Shown piece after piece: positions 7,837 to 16,622 of a stretch of DNA of 38,372 bases. The translations under genes and the position numbers were made by a program. The notes beneath the pieces were generated by a model, which saw nothing but the letters and a program-made list of their open reading frames with translations, was not told the DNA's origin and searched no databases. Origin of the DNA: Gemmatimonas sp. (GTDB lineage: Bacteria; Gemmatimonadota; Gemmatimonadetes; Gemmatimonadales; Gemmatimonadaceae); assembly GCA_031414535.1 (NCBI GenBank), contig JANNVQ010000019.1, forward strand, positions 1 to 38,372, written 5' to 3'. Numbering within the stretch: position 1 is the stretch's first letter; every line of letters begins with the position of its first letter.

Positions 7837-8484
7837 TCAGGCTTTGCGCAGGCGGGCGGTGCCGTTCAAAAAGGGGTTCGCGCTGCGCTCGCGCCCAATA
7901 CTCGTGCGCGGGCCGTGGCCGGGATGCACCAGCACCGCGTCTTGCAAGGTCTTGAGGCGCTCAAGCGAGCGTTCGAGCGCGGCAGGATCGCAGAGTGGCA
8001 GGTCCACGCGGCCAACGGATCCCGCAAAGAGCACGTCGCCGCTGAAGCAGGAGGTCGCGCTGATGAACGCCACGTGCCCGGGCGCGTGCCCAGGCAGGTG
8101 CCACACGGAGAAGGTCTCGCCACCAAAACTGAGCGTCTCACCTTCGGCAAGCGGGCGATCTGGCGCGGGCGGCGCGTCAAAGGGCAGTCCGTAGCCCGCG
8201 GCAATCCGCGGGGCATTGGCCCAGAGTGGCGCGTCGAGGGGATGCGCGTACACGGGAGCATCGGGCCACAGCGTTTTTACACCGGCGATGCCGCCGATGT
8301 GATCAATGTGGCCGTGGGTGATCCAAATGGCCTGGAGCGTGGCGCCGAGTCGCTCGATCTCGGCGGTCAGCGTGCGTGGCTCCGCACCGGGATCCACGAG
8401 GACGACTTGGCGAGCCGTGGCATCGTGGAGAAACCACGTGTTCTCCTCGAACGCCCCGACGCTCAGGGCGTGAATCTCAATCAC
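7837..8484 (-). CDS. metallo-beta-lactamase-fold hydrolase (glyoxalase II/YcbL-like)
   Basis: THGHIDHIGG, PGHAPGH, FSGDVLF.GSVGR.D, PGHGP. Confidence 0.95.
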   Translation of the reverse strand: MIEIHALSVGAFEENTWFLHDATARQVVLVDPGAEPRTLTAEIERLGATLQAIWITHGHIDHIGGIAGVKTLWPDAPVYAHPLDAPLWANAPRIAAGYGLPFDAPPAPDRPLAEGETLSFGGETFSVWHLPGHAPGHVAFISATSCFSGDVLFAGSVGRVDLPLCDPAALERSLERLKTLQDAVLVHPGHGPRTSIGRERSANPFLNGTARLRKA

Positions 8485-9467
8485 GCCGGCGACGGAATGA
8501 GCATCGGAATGGGCGGCGGGGCCGGCTGTCCGTTTTTGCGGGCGGTGAGATACTTCTCCACCGCTATCGCCGCGGTCGTAGCATCGCCAACGGCGGTGGT
8601 CACCTGACGCGTAAGCTGTGCGCGCACGTCGCCGGCGGCAAAGAGCCCGGGCAATGAGGTCTGCATGTTGGCGTCGGTGATCAGATAGCCGGCGCTGTCG
8701 TGCGTGACGTGCTCCTTGATCATGCCCGTGTTGGGCGTGAAGCCGATGAAGATGAAGATCCCCGTGGCAATGAGCTCCGACGCCGCGCCGGTCTTGAGAT
8801 TGCGAATCTTGGCGTTGGTCATGAGGCCGTCCTGCCCTACGATCTCATCAACGACAGTATCCGTGATGACTTCAATCTTTGGATTCGCGAAGGCGCGCTG
8901 CTGCACAATCTTGGACGCCCGGAAGCTGTCGCGGCGATGTACAAGGTAGACCTTCGCGGCATACCGCGTGAGGAAGTCCGCTTCCTCCAACGCCGCATCG
9001 CCGCCACCGACGACAAGGATGGTATGCCCCTTATAAAACGCACCGTCGCAGATGGCGCAGTAACTGACGCCCTTCCCCGCGTATTCGATCTCACCAGGTA
9101 CGTTGAGCTTGACCGGTGTTCCGCCAGCGGTCACCACCACCGTGGGCGCGCGGAACACATCGCCATTCTCCACCACGACGTCGAACATCCCGTCCGCCGT
9201 CTTCGTGACCGAATCCACTGGAGTGGACGTGCGAATTTCCGCACCGAACTTCTCAGCGTGGTTCTGGAACTTCGTGGCGAGCTCGTGGCCGAGGATGTGC
9301 TCAAAGCCGATGTAGTCCTCAATGACTTCGGTGTTGAGCAGTTCACCGCCAGGGAAGCCGCGCTCGAGCACGACGCTCTTGAGCATGGAACGTCCCGCGT
9401 ACAGGCCCGCGCACATGCCCGACGGGCCTGCACCGATAATCACCACTTCATAGTCAAACGTTGCCAC
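8481..9467 (-). CDS. trxB: thioredoxin-disulfide reductase
   Basis: IIGAGPSG, GVSYCAICDG, VGGGDAALEEA, HRRD.FRA, GLFAAGD. Confidence 0.97.
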   Translation of the reverse strand: MATFDYEVVIIGAGPSGMCAGLYAGRSMLKSVVLERGFPGGELLNTEVIEDYIGFEHILGHELATKFQNHAEKFGAEIRTSTPVDSVTKTADGMFDVVVENGDVFRAPTVVVTAGGTPVKLNVPGEIEYAGKGVSYCAICDGAFYKGHTILVVGGGDAALEEADFLTRYAAKVYLVHRRDSFRASKIVQQRAFANPKIEVITDTVVDEIVGQDGLMTNAKIRNLKTGAASELIATGIFIFIGFTPNTGMIKEHVTHDSAGYLITDANMQTSLPGLFAAGDVRAQLTRQVTTAVGDATTAAIAVEKYLTARKNGQPAPPPIPMLIPSPA

Positions 9468-9556
9468 CGAGTCGTCCTCAAGTCCGGAGAATAATCCGGG
9501 AAATCTATGGGCGGAGCGCGTCTTGGACTACGGCTCGCGATGTGCAACCAATCGGC

Positions 9557-10324
9557 TTAGGGAGCCGCGAGTTCCAGTATCGAGAGCGCGCCGTGGCAGT
9601 GCGAGACCGTGCCCACGAGGACTTCGGCGGCGCGGCCAGCTGCCGCTTGGGCCACGAGAGCGTCGGCGGCGAGCACTTCGCTCACACTGAACATCCCGAC
9701 GCCGAAGGCGCGGTGCACACAGTGGAACACCGCTGGCCCGTCAATGCGGCGGCCGCGAAGGCGCTCCGTTTCTACGAAGGCACGCAGCGTGGGCGGAAGG
9801 CTCCAGGCCCGGGCGCCGCGCGTGTGCGGGCAGGTTCGAGGCTCCACGCAGTTGATGGGGCATTCCCAGGTGGCGAAGCTCACGTAGTGCGTGCCATCCT
9901 CACCGCTGCGCTGCCACGGCACATCAACCGCACCGTTCACGGGTGAAAAGCGCATCATGCGGCCAGGCCAGCGCGCGCGCGCGCGGCTCATCACCCACTG
10001 GCCCATGAGGTGGGGCATGAGTGGAGACGGCACGATGGCATGCTCGACCGAATCAGTCGCCTCCGCGCCACCCAAGTACTCGGCGAAGTAGGACGCCCAC
10101 TCGCGAGCAATGAGTTGCAGGCCCGCCACGTGGGTGAACGCTCGTGCGACCTGACATTCCTCATCGCGATCCACGACGATGAGCCGTTGCCAAGTGAGAA
10201 CGCCGGCATCCCGCGCGCGCGCCAGTTGGCGGACGTAGTAGCTGCCGTAGCACCCACCGCCCACCACGATGATGTCACCGTAGCGCTGGAACTCGCGCTC
10301 GCGCTGGCGCTCAGGGTCTGACAC
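9557..10324 (-). CDS. hypothetical protein: N-terminal Rossmann-like motif plus Cys/His-rich C-terminus
   Basis: IIVVGGGCYG...LIVVDRD; CPINCVEPRTCPHT, HCVH, SHCHG. GTG at 10324 overlaps the SDR end. Confidence 0.8.
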   Translation of the reverse strand: MSDPERQREREFQRYGDIIVVGGGCYGSYYVRQLARARDAGVLTWQRLIVVDRDEECQVARAFTHVAGLQLIAREWASYFAEYLGGAEATDSVEHAIVPSPLMPHLMGQWVMSRARARWPGRMMRFSPVNGAVDVPWQRSGEDGTHYVSFATWECPINCVEPRTCPHTRGARAWSLPPTLRAFVETERLRGRRIDGPAVFHCVHRAFGVGMFSVSEVLAADALVAQAAAGRAAEVLVGTVSHCHGALSILELAAP

Positions 10325-11039
10325 GGCGACCGCCGTCAACGAACAAGGTCTCACCGGTCACGAAGCCTGCATCGGCGAAGTAGCGCACTGCCTGCGCCAC
10401 ATCCGCAGGTGCGCCAATTCGTTGCAACGGCGTTTCGCTCGCGAATTTGGCCACGACATCCTGCGGCATGCCCGGCGGCGCAAGCACGAAGCCCGGCGCA
10501 ATAGCATTCACGCGAATATCTGGTGCGAGCGCGGCCGCGAGGTGTCGCGTCATCGCCATCACTCCCGCCTTCGCAATGCCATGGACGCTGTAGTCTGGCC
10601 AGGGCTCAACAGCCATATGGTCGGCGATGCAGACGATGGAGCTTCCGGCCGGCATCAATCGCGCGGCGGCCTGCGAGAGCAGAAACGGCGCGCGCAGATT
10701 CAGCGCGATGATGTCATCAAACTGAGCGGCCGTGGTGTGCCCCAGCCGTGTCTTCTCCATCCCCGCCGCGGAATTCACCAGCAGGTCGAGCTGCCCGAAG
10801 TGTTCGTACGCCGCATCCACAAGCGCATCGCAGGCGCGCGCGTCCGTGAGATCGGCGGCGAAGCTTGCGGCCTTTCCTCCGCGCTCACGAATGCCCTGCA
10901 CCACTTCCTCGGCGCCGTCCTGAGAGCGCGAGTAGTGCACGGCGAGTGACCATCCGTCACTGGCGAGCGACTCGGCAATAACACGACCTACGCGCTGCCC
11001 CGCCCCTGTAACGAGCGCGACGCGCCCCAGTCCGGACAC
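10311..11039 (-). CDS. SDR oxidoreductase, pteridine reductase (PTR1/FolM)-like
   Basis: VALVTGAGQRVG, VHY, LLVNSA, NLRAPF, IAD, RVNAIAPG, FVTGETLFVDGG. GTG start at 11039. Confidence 0.9.
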   Translation of the reverse strand: MSGLGRVALVTGAGQRVGRVIAESLASDGWSLAVHYSRSQDGAEEVVQGIRERGGKAASFAADLTDARACDALVDAAYEHFGQLDLLVNSAAGMEKTRLGHTTAAQFDDIIALNLRAPFLLSQAAARLMPAGSSIVCIADHMAVEPWPDYSVHGIAKAGVMAMTRHLAAALAPDIRVNAIAPGFVLAPPGMPQDVVAKFASETPLQRIGAPADVAQAVRYFADAGFVTGETLFVDGGRRVRP

Positions 11040-11044
11040 CGGAC

Positions 11045-11902
11045 TTAGGCCGGGTGGCCGCGGCGTTCGCGCACGCGACGGTCCTGCAGATCGAGCCAGC
11101 TGGACGGCACCTGCATGGAACCGAGCACTCGGCCGCCTTGCATGGCACCGTGCCAATCGGAACCGCCGCTGACCACGAGACCAAAGAAGGCGGCCAAGGA
11201 GGCAAGGCGCAGTTCGTCCTCGCGCGAGTGACTGGGATGGCGCACTTCGACGCCGTCGAGCCCGGCGGCGACCAAGGGTTCGATCTTCTCTCGACGGCCC
11301 TCGGCACCTGGGTGCGCGTACACCGCGATGCCACCGGCGTCGTGAATGATGCGAATGCCGTCGGCGATGTCGAGCCGTTCCTTGTCTACGTAGGCCGGCT
11401 TTGCGGCACCGAGCCAGCGGTCAAAGGCTTCGCGCATGTCGCGCACATGCCCCCCCGCAACGAGCGCACGGGCCACGTGCGGACGACCGATGGCACCGCC
11501 GGCTGCGGCGGCGAGAACGGCATCGAAGGTCACGGGAATGCCGGCGGCATTGAGCTTGGCCACCATGGACTCCGCCCGGGTGCGCCGGTAGCCGCGGAAA
11601 ATCTCCAAGCGCTCCTGCAGTTGCGGCACATCGCGAATGTGCAGGCCGAGGAGATGTACTTCGTCCGCCCCTTGGTGCACGCTCATTTCTACGCCTGGAA
11701 CCAAGCGCAGGCCGCAGGCATCGGCCGCGATTTGCGCTTCCGGGATTCCCGCTAGCGTGTCGTGATCCGTGAGCGCGAATGCGGCGAGGCCCGCCGCATG
11801 CGCCGCTTTCACCGCCTCGGTTGGCGGCAGCGATCCGTCGGAAGCAGTGGAGTGCGCGTGCAGATCAACGAAGGACGCGGGCGCGTCCGAGGGGAGACTC
11901 AC
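11045..11902 (-). CDS. PHP-domain phosphoesterase (TrpH/YciV-like)
   Basis: DLHAHSTASDG, LTDHDT, PGVE, VHLLG, GRPH, AHP, GGSDWHG. Confidence 0.93.
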   Translation of the reverse strand: MSLPSDAPASFVDLHAHSTASDGSLPPTEAVKAAHAAGLAAFALTDHDTLAGIPEAQIAADACGLRLVPGVEMSVHQGADEVHLLGLHIRDVPQLQERLEIFRGYRRTRAESMVAKLNAAGIPVTFDAVLAAAAGGAIGRPHVARALVAGGHVRDMREAFDRWLGAAKPAYVDKERLDIADGIRIIHDAGGIAVYAHPGAEGRREKIEPLVAAGLDGVEVRHPSHSREDELRLASLAAFFGLVVSGGSDWHGAMQGGRVLGSMQVPSSWLDLQDRRVRERRGHPA

Positions 11903-12165
11903 TGCGAGTATCCAGCCTCAGGAGACGTGTTGCTGGGTTGGGACTCCGCAAACAAGCGCAACAAATCGGCATCGCTGAGCTCGGACAGCGACTGCTCGCG
12001 CGAACGCGAGGCGGACGGCGAATAGCGCGTCAGGCGCACCTCGCGCTCATCAGCGACGCCATGCACGAAAATGAGACCGAACTCATCGGCGTCATACTGC
12101 GTGACATAGCCTGAGGGATACACCTGCCAGGTCCGGCCTTCGATGATCACACGACGAGTTGGCAT
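11899..12165 (-). CDS. hypothetical protein (88 aa)
   Basis: ATG in a TAATG overlap with the upstream gene and a GTGA overlap downstream. MPTRRVIIEGRTWQVYPSG... Confidence 0.75.
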   Translation of the reverse strand: MPTRRVIIEGRTWQVYPSGYVTQYDADEFGLIFVHGVADEREVRLTRYSPSASRSREQSLSELSDADLLRLFAESQPSNTSPEAGYSQ

Positions 12166-12425
12166 TACTTGAGCTCCACCTGCGAATAGATGCGCGCCGG
12201 ATCGTGTACCCGTATTGGCGCGGCCGCGTGCGCGGCTGAAAGGGCTTGGGCGCTGTCCGCCTCGCAAAATTCGACGAAGGCCCCCGGCAAGGCCAGCTCC
12301 TCAAATGCCCAGAAGCGACATCCCATGGAGTTGTAGTGCAGTTCCTTGGCCCGCATCCGCTCGAAGAACTTCGCGCGGTCGGCGGGTGGGACCACATGGC
12401 GATGCATCGTGAGGACGCGAGACAT
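12165..12425 (-). CDS. hypothetical protein (86 aa, possible dimeric alpha/beta-barrel fold)
   Basis: TGATG overlap with the E2 stop and TAATG overlap downstream. Beta-alpha-beta-beta-alpha-beta pattern (fold is inference). Confidence 0.75.
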   Translation of the reverse strand: MSRVLTMHRHVVPPADRAKFFERMRAKELHYNSMGCRFWAFEELALPGAFVEFCEADSAQALSAAHAAAPIRVHDPARIYSQVELK

Positions 12426-13762
12426 CAGCCGGTGACGTTCTCCAAAGTCTTCTTGAGATCGGCCATGAAGCGGTCGGCATCGGCGCCGTCCACCACACGG
12501 TGATCGAAGGACAACGAGAAGTAGGCACAGGTCCGGATGGCGATGGTATCCTCGCCGTCCGCGCCGGTGATCACCTTGGGACGCTTCTCGATGGCGCCGA
12601 GGCCGATGATGGCCGTGGTCCCAACCGGAATGATGGGCGTTCCGAAGAGCGATCCAAACACGCCCGGGTTGGTGATGGTGAACGTCGCGTCCTGCACGTC
12701 TAACGGCGACAGTTTCTTCGTGCGTGCGCGGGATGCCAGGTCGTTGGCGCCACGCGTGAGTCCCGTGAGGTTCAATCCATCGGCGTCCTTTAGCACCGGG
12801 ACAATCAAGCCGCTGGGCTCGAGCGCCACCGCGATGCCGATGTTGTAGCGCTTGCGGAGAATGACGTCCGTGCCGCTCACCGTGGCATTGAGCACCGGGT
12901 GGCGACGTAGGTTCTCCACCACGCTGCGGATGATGAAGGGCATGTAGGTGAGCTTCTGGCCCGTCTCGGTCTCGAAGCTGCTCTTCATCGCGGCGCGCAG
13001 CTTGCTAATGCGCGTAAGGTCAATTTCGAAGAAGCTCGTGACGTGCGCCGCCACCTGACGCGCCTGACGCATATGGTCGGCGGTGAGCTTGCGAATCTTG
13101 TTCATGGGCTCGACGACGTCGCCGGGCCAGGGGTTGAACGTGGGCTCGTGCGCGTGACCAACGGGCACAGACATCTGGCTCGGCAGACCCGCCGGCATGC
13201 CGCCGGAGGCGGGTGATGCGGCCGGGGCCTGCTGGGCACCGCCGTTGGCGAGGAACGACTCAAAGTCCTTGCGCGTGACGCGGCCAGCTATGCCGCTGCC
13301 GCTCATGGCCGCGATGTCCACGCCGGCGTCGGCGGCCATACGGCGCACGAGGGGCGAGGACTTGGTGCGCACGCGGTCTTCGAATGAACCAGCGGGAGCA
13401 CTGGGCTTGGCCGGCGCCGGAGCACTGGCCGCAACCGCCACAGGAGCCGCAACGGGAGCGGGCGCCGCAGCAGCCACCACCGGAGCAGGCGCCGCGGCGG
13501 GCGCTGCGAGAGACGCGCCCTTCTCCGTTTCGATGCGCGCCACCACCGCATTCACGGGCACCGTGGTGCCCTCGAAGACGATGATCTCTGCGAGTACACC
13601 GGCGGACGGCGCCGGAATCTCTGCGTCCACCTTGTCGGTGGAGATCTCGAAGATCGGTTCGTCTCGCTTCACCTCGTCGCCCACCTTCTTCAGCCACCGC
13701 GAGAGGGTGCCTTCGGCGATGGACTCGCCCATCTGGGGCATGATGACGTCAATACGGGCCAT
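12425..13762 (-). CDS. 2-oxoacid dehydrogenase E2 (dihydrolipoamide acyltransferase), one lipoyl domain
   Basis: MPQMGESIAEG, EISTDKVDAEI (lipoyl-Lys), SPLVRR..GSG..GRVTRKD, TFTITNPG, DHRVVDG. Confidence 0.96.
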   Translation of the reverse strand: MARIDVIMPQMGESIAEGTLSRWLKKVGDEVKRDEPIFEISTDKVDAEIPAPSAGVLAEIIVFEGTTVPVNAVVARIETEKGASLAAPAAAPAPVVAAAAPAPVAAPVAVAASAPAPAKPSAPAGSFEDRVRTKSSPLVRRMAADAGVDIAAMSGSGIAGRVTRKDFESFLANGGAQQAPAASPASGGMPAGLPSQMSVPVGHAHEPTFNPWPGDVVEPMNKIRKLTADHMRQARQVAAHVTSFFEIDLTRISKLRAAMKSSFETETGQKLTYMPFIIRSVVENLRRHPVLNATVSGTDVILRKRYNIGIAVALEPSGLIVPVLKDADGLNLTGLTRGANDLASRARTKKLSPLDVQDATFTITNPGVFGSLFGTPIIPVGTTAIIGLGAIEKRPKVITGADGEDTIAIRTCAYFSLSFDHRVVDGADADRFMADLKKTLENVTG

Positions 13763-13779
13763 TATCGCAAAACCTCAGT

Positions 13780-14079
13780 TCAGTTCTTCGGGTCAGAATT
13801 CTCGACCTTGGGCAGCGGGGCGCTCCGCATTGCGGACACCACCAACCAAGGCAGCGTCAGGGCGCCGATCGCGCCGCCGACGAACATATAAATGTACCAG
13901 TCGCAGGTAGGGATGCCGTCACACTTGGGCGCCCTGGTGAAAAAAGCGACCCCCTTGGAGACGAGCACGCCAATCATGCCGCCGGAAAAAAACCCGACAA
14001 ATGTCATGAAACAGCCAATGCCGAACTGGCGGGCGAGTGGCGGCTTCTCGAAGTCCGGTGCTGCGTTGGGATTGGTCAT
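13780..14079 (-). CDS. small two-TM membrane protein (99 aa)
   Basis: ATG in a TAATG overlap with the E1-beta stop. Two hydrophobic segments flank the loop APKCDGIPTCDW. Confidence 0.75.
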   Translation of the reverse strand: MTNPNAAPDFEKPPLARQFGIGCFMTFVGFFSGGMIGVLVSKGVAFFTRAPKCDGIPTCDWYIYMFVGGAIGALTLPWLVVSAMRSAPLPKVENSDPKN

Positions 14080-15056
14080 TACCACGCCATCAGTCGGCGC
14101 ACGGCCGTGACGATGTCATCGACCTGCGGGAGCACGAAGTCTTCGAGTTGCGGAGCGTAGGGCAGCGGAATGTCATGCGCGGTCACGCGGAGCACCGGAG
14201 CATCGAGATAGGCAAAGCAACTCTCATTAATCCGCGCCGTGAGCTCGCCAGCAATGCCGCCCGTGCGCGTATCCTCGTGCACGATGAGCACGCGGTTGGT
14301 CTTGCGCACGGTGTTGAAAATGGCCTCGTCGTCCAAGGGGGCTAGGCTTCGGAGATCGATAATTTCCACCGAGATGCCGTGTTCCTTCTCCAACTTCTCG
14401 GCAGCCTCGAGCGACTTATAGACCGTCGCGGCGTAGGTGATGATAGAGACGTCCCTGCCCTCGCGCGCAGTGCGCGCCTTGCCAATCGGCACGACGTGAT
14501 CACCTGCGGGCATCACACCCTTGATGCGGCGATACAGGTACTTGTGTTCAAAGAAGAGCACGCAGTCCTCGTCCCGTATGGCGGCCTTCATCAAGCCCTT
14601 GGCATCCTCGGCGGTGGAGGGATACACCACCTTCAAGCCAGGCGTATGGATGAAGCCGGCTTCTGGGTTCTGCGAGTGGAAGGGACCGCCGCGCACGTAC
14701 CCGCCGCTGGGGCCGCGCACCACCATCGGGCACGGCAGGAACGCGCGGTAGCGCGCCGTGGCGACGTAGTTGGTGAGCATGTCGTAGGCGTTGGCGATGA
14801 AGTCAATGAACTGCATCTCCACCACCGGACGCATGCCCATGTGCCCCGCACCGGCCGCCGCGCCCACGAGCGCAATCTCGCTGATGGGCGAGTCAATTAC
14901 CCGGGCTTCGCCGTACTTCTTCATTAGGCCATCCGTGACTTTGAACGCGCCCCCGAAGGCGCCAATATCCTCGCCCATCAGGAAAACGTTCTTGTCACGC
15001 GCCATTTCTTCGTCGAGCGCCTCGCGAATGGCCTCGAGATAGGTGATCTCCGCCAT
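14079..15056 (-). CDS. 2-oxoacid dehydrogenase E1 beta subunit
   Basis: MGEDIG..GG.F.VT.GL, DSPISE, EMQFIDF, HSQ, IDLRSL.PLD. ATG at 15056 lies in a TAATG overlap. Confidence 0.96.
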   Translation of the reverse strand: MAEITYLEAIREALDEEMARDKNVFLMGEDIGAFGGAFKVTDGLMKKYGEARVIDSPISEIALVGAAAGAGHMGMRPVVEMQFIDFIANAYDMLTNYVATARYRAFLPCPMVVRGPSGGYVRGGPFHSQNPEAGFIHTPGLKVVYPSTAEDAKGLMKAAIRDEDCVLFFEHKYLYRRIKGVMPAGDHVVPIGKARTAREGRDVSIITYAATVYKSLEAAEKLEKEHGISVEIIDLRSLAPLDDEAIFNTVRKTNRVLIVHEDTRTGGIAGELTARINESCFAYLDAPVLRVTAHDIPLPYAPQLEDFVLPQVDDIVTAVRRLMAW

Positions 15057-16198
15057 TAGGCTTTCCCCTTGGACGGATCCCAGGTGCCCCAACCCTCGGC
15101 GCGCTCCTGGCCGAGGTTCGAAACGTCGGCGCCTTCACGGAACCAGAGCGGCTTCTCAACCGGCGGGTCGGCGTACACGCCAATCATGGCGTCCAGCGGC
15201 TGCGGGAAGCCCGAGGCCTCCGCGATGTCAGTCGCAGCGTCCACTTCCTTGTGAATGCGCTCGTCAATCTCGTCAATCGTGGCCTGTGAGACCTTCTCGC
15301 GGTCAACCAGCACGCGCACGTAGCGATCCAGCGGATCGTTCTCGGCGGCCCACTTCTCAATCTCGCCATCGGGCACATAGGACTGGTTGTCGTGCTCCGC
15401 GTGGCCCTTTCGGCGGTAGGTCATAAACTCGAGCAGTTGCACGCCTTCGCCCGCGCGGGCGCGGTCCACCGCACGCTTGGTGCAGTCGTACACCGCGAGC
15501 ACATCATTGCCATCGCACTGTTCGCCGGTGATGCCGTAGCCGATGGCTTTGTCTACGAACTGCTTGGCGGCCGACTGCTTTGATGTGGGCGTGGAGTAGG
15601 CGTAGCCGTTGTTCTCGATGACGACGACGAGCGGCAACCGCTGCACGGCGGCGAAGTTGATGCCTTCGTGAAAGGCGCCGGTACTCGTGGCGCCGTCGCC
15701 GACGTAGACCAAGCCCACGCGATCCTCGCCACGCATCTTGAAGGTCATGGTCACGCCCGTCATCACGGGGACCATGTCGCCGAGCGGGGAGATTTGTCCG
15801 AGGAAGCCGCGCGTCGTGCCGGCTTCTCCGATATCACCAAAGTGGATGTTGAGCTCGCGGCCCCGCGTGGGCGAATCGCCCTTGGCCATGTACTGCTTGA
15901 GCACTTCCACCGGCGTGGCGCCCTTGACGAGCATCGCGCCCAAGTTGCGAATGAGGGGCGACATCACGTCGCGCGTTTCGAGCGCGTAGCAGGAACCGAC
16001 GGCGTCGGCTTCCTGGCCGAGCGAGCGGAACAGTCCGCCAACGACCTTCGTCTGCCGGTAGAGAGCCACGAGCCGCTCTTCGAGCGTACGCGTGAGTCGC
16101 ATCCAGTAATAGAGCTCGAGCTTGCGCTCGATTGGCAGAGCTTCGCCAAGGTGGGGTGCTGCCCCGCCCCTCAGAGGGCGGGTGGGCTTTGCGGGCAT
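15056..16198 (-). CDS. 2-oxoacid dehydrogenase E1 alpha subunit
   Basis: TPP motif GDGATSTG..HEG.N...ENN.YA.ST, DGND, TYR..GH...D. Confidence 0.95.
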   Translation of the reverse strand: MPAKPTRPLRGGAAPHLGEALPIERKLELYYWMRLTRTLEERLVALYRQTKVVGGLFRSLGQEADAVGSCYALETRDVMSPLIRNLGAMLVKGATPVEVLKQYMAKGDSPTRGRELNIHFGDIGEAGTTRGFLGQISPLGDMVPVMTGVTMTFKMRGEDRVGLVYVGDGATSTGAFHEGINFAAVQRLPLVVVIENNGYAYSTPTSKQSAAKQFVDKAIGYGITGEQCDGNDVLAVYDCTKRAVDRARAGEGVQLLEFMTYRRKGHAEHDNQSYVPDGEIEKWAAENDPLDRYVRVLVDREKVSQATIDEIDERIHKEVDAATDIAEASGFPQPLDAMIGVYADPPVEKPLWFREGADVSNLGQERAEGWGTWDPSKGKA

Positions 16199-16211
16199 TG
16201 AGCGAGCGGAA

Positions 16212-16523
16212 TTAGTAGGCGGGAGCGAAGGAGTGCTTCGCATCAACCTGCGTGTGCAGGGAGACAAAAAACTTTTTGACGTTGCGGTCGAGGCGGCTCT
16301 CACCCATCTGGTCGCTGTTCGCCTCTACGAAGACGTAGTGCCCACCTTCCATTTTCACGGAGATGGTGAGCGTAGACGGCACTTCCGGCGTGCCGACGCT
16401 GCCCTTGTAGCTCCGCGAGCGTGCGGTTTGACCAGCCGGCATCATCCCGATGGTGGGGAAAAATGCGTCGGCGGTGGCGAGAATGGCGTCAGGGTGGAGC
16501 GAGGTGCGATGGAAGTGGCGCAT
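16212..16523 (-). CDS. hypothetical protein (103 aa)
   Basis: MRHFHRTSLHPD... Ends 13 nt before the E1-alpha start. The longer ORF start translates repeat DNA. Confidence 0.75.
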   Translation of the reverse strand: MRHFHRTSLHPDAILATADAFFPTIGMMPAGQTARSRSYKGSVGTPEVPSTLTISVKMEGGHYVFVEANSDQMGESRLDRNVKKFFVSLHTQVDAKHSFAPAY

Positions 16524-16527
16524 AATG

Positions 16528-16607
16528 GACGGAAGACGGATGACGGATGATGAAAAAGCGGGCGGAAGCATGGAGATGATGCGGATTCATGCATCCGTCA
16601 TCCGTCC
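16528..16607. repeat. GACGGA(A/T) heptamer-repeat hairpin
   Basis: GACGGAA GACGGAT GACGGAT at 16528-16548. 16535-16549 pairs perfectly with 16592-16606. Confidence 0.85.
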
Positions 16608-16622
16608 AAGAGTGGTTTGCGA

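Noticed and set aside
7837..8484. MBL-fold gene (and the beta-lactamase-like domain at about 20900-21998) as antibiotic resistance genes
   Set aside because: Motifs and context fit a housekeeping glyoxalase II-like hydrolase and an AmiE-like cell-wall enzyme.
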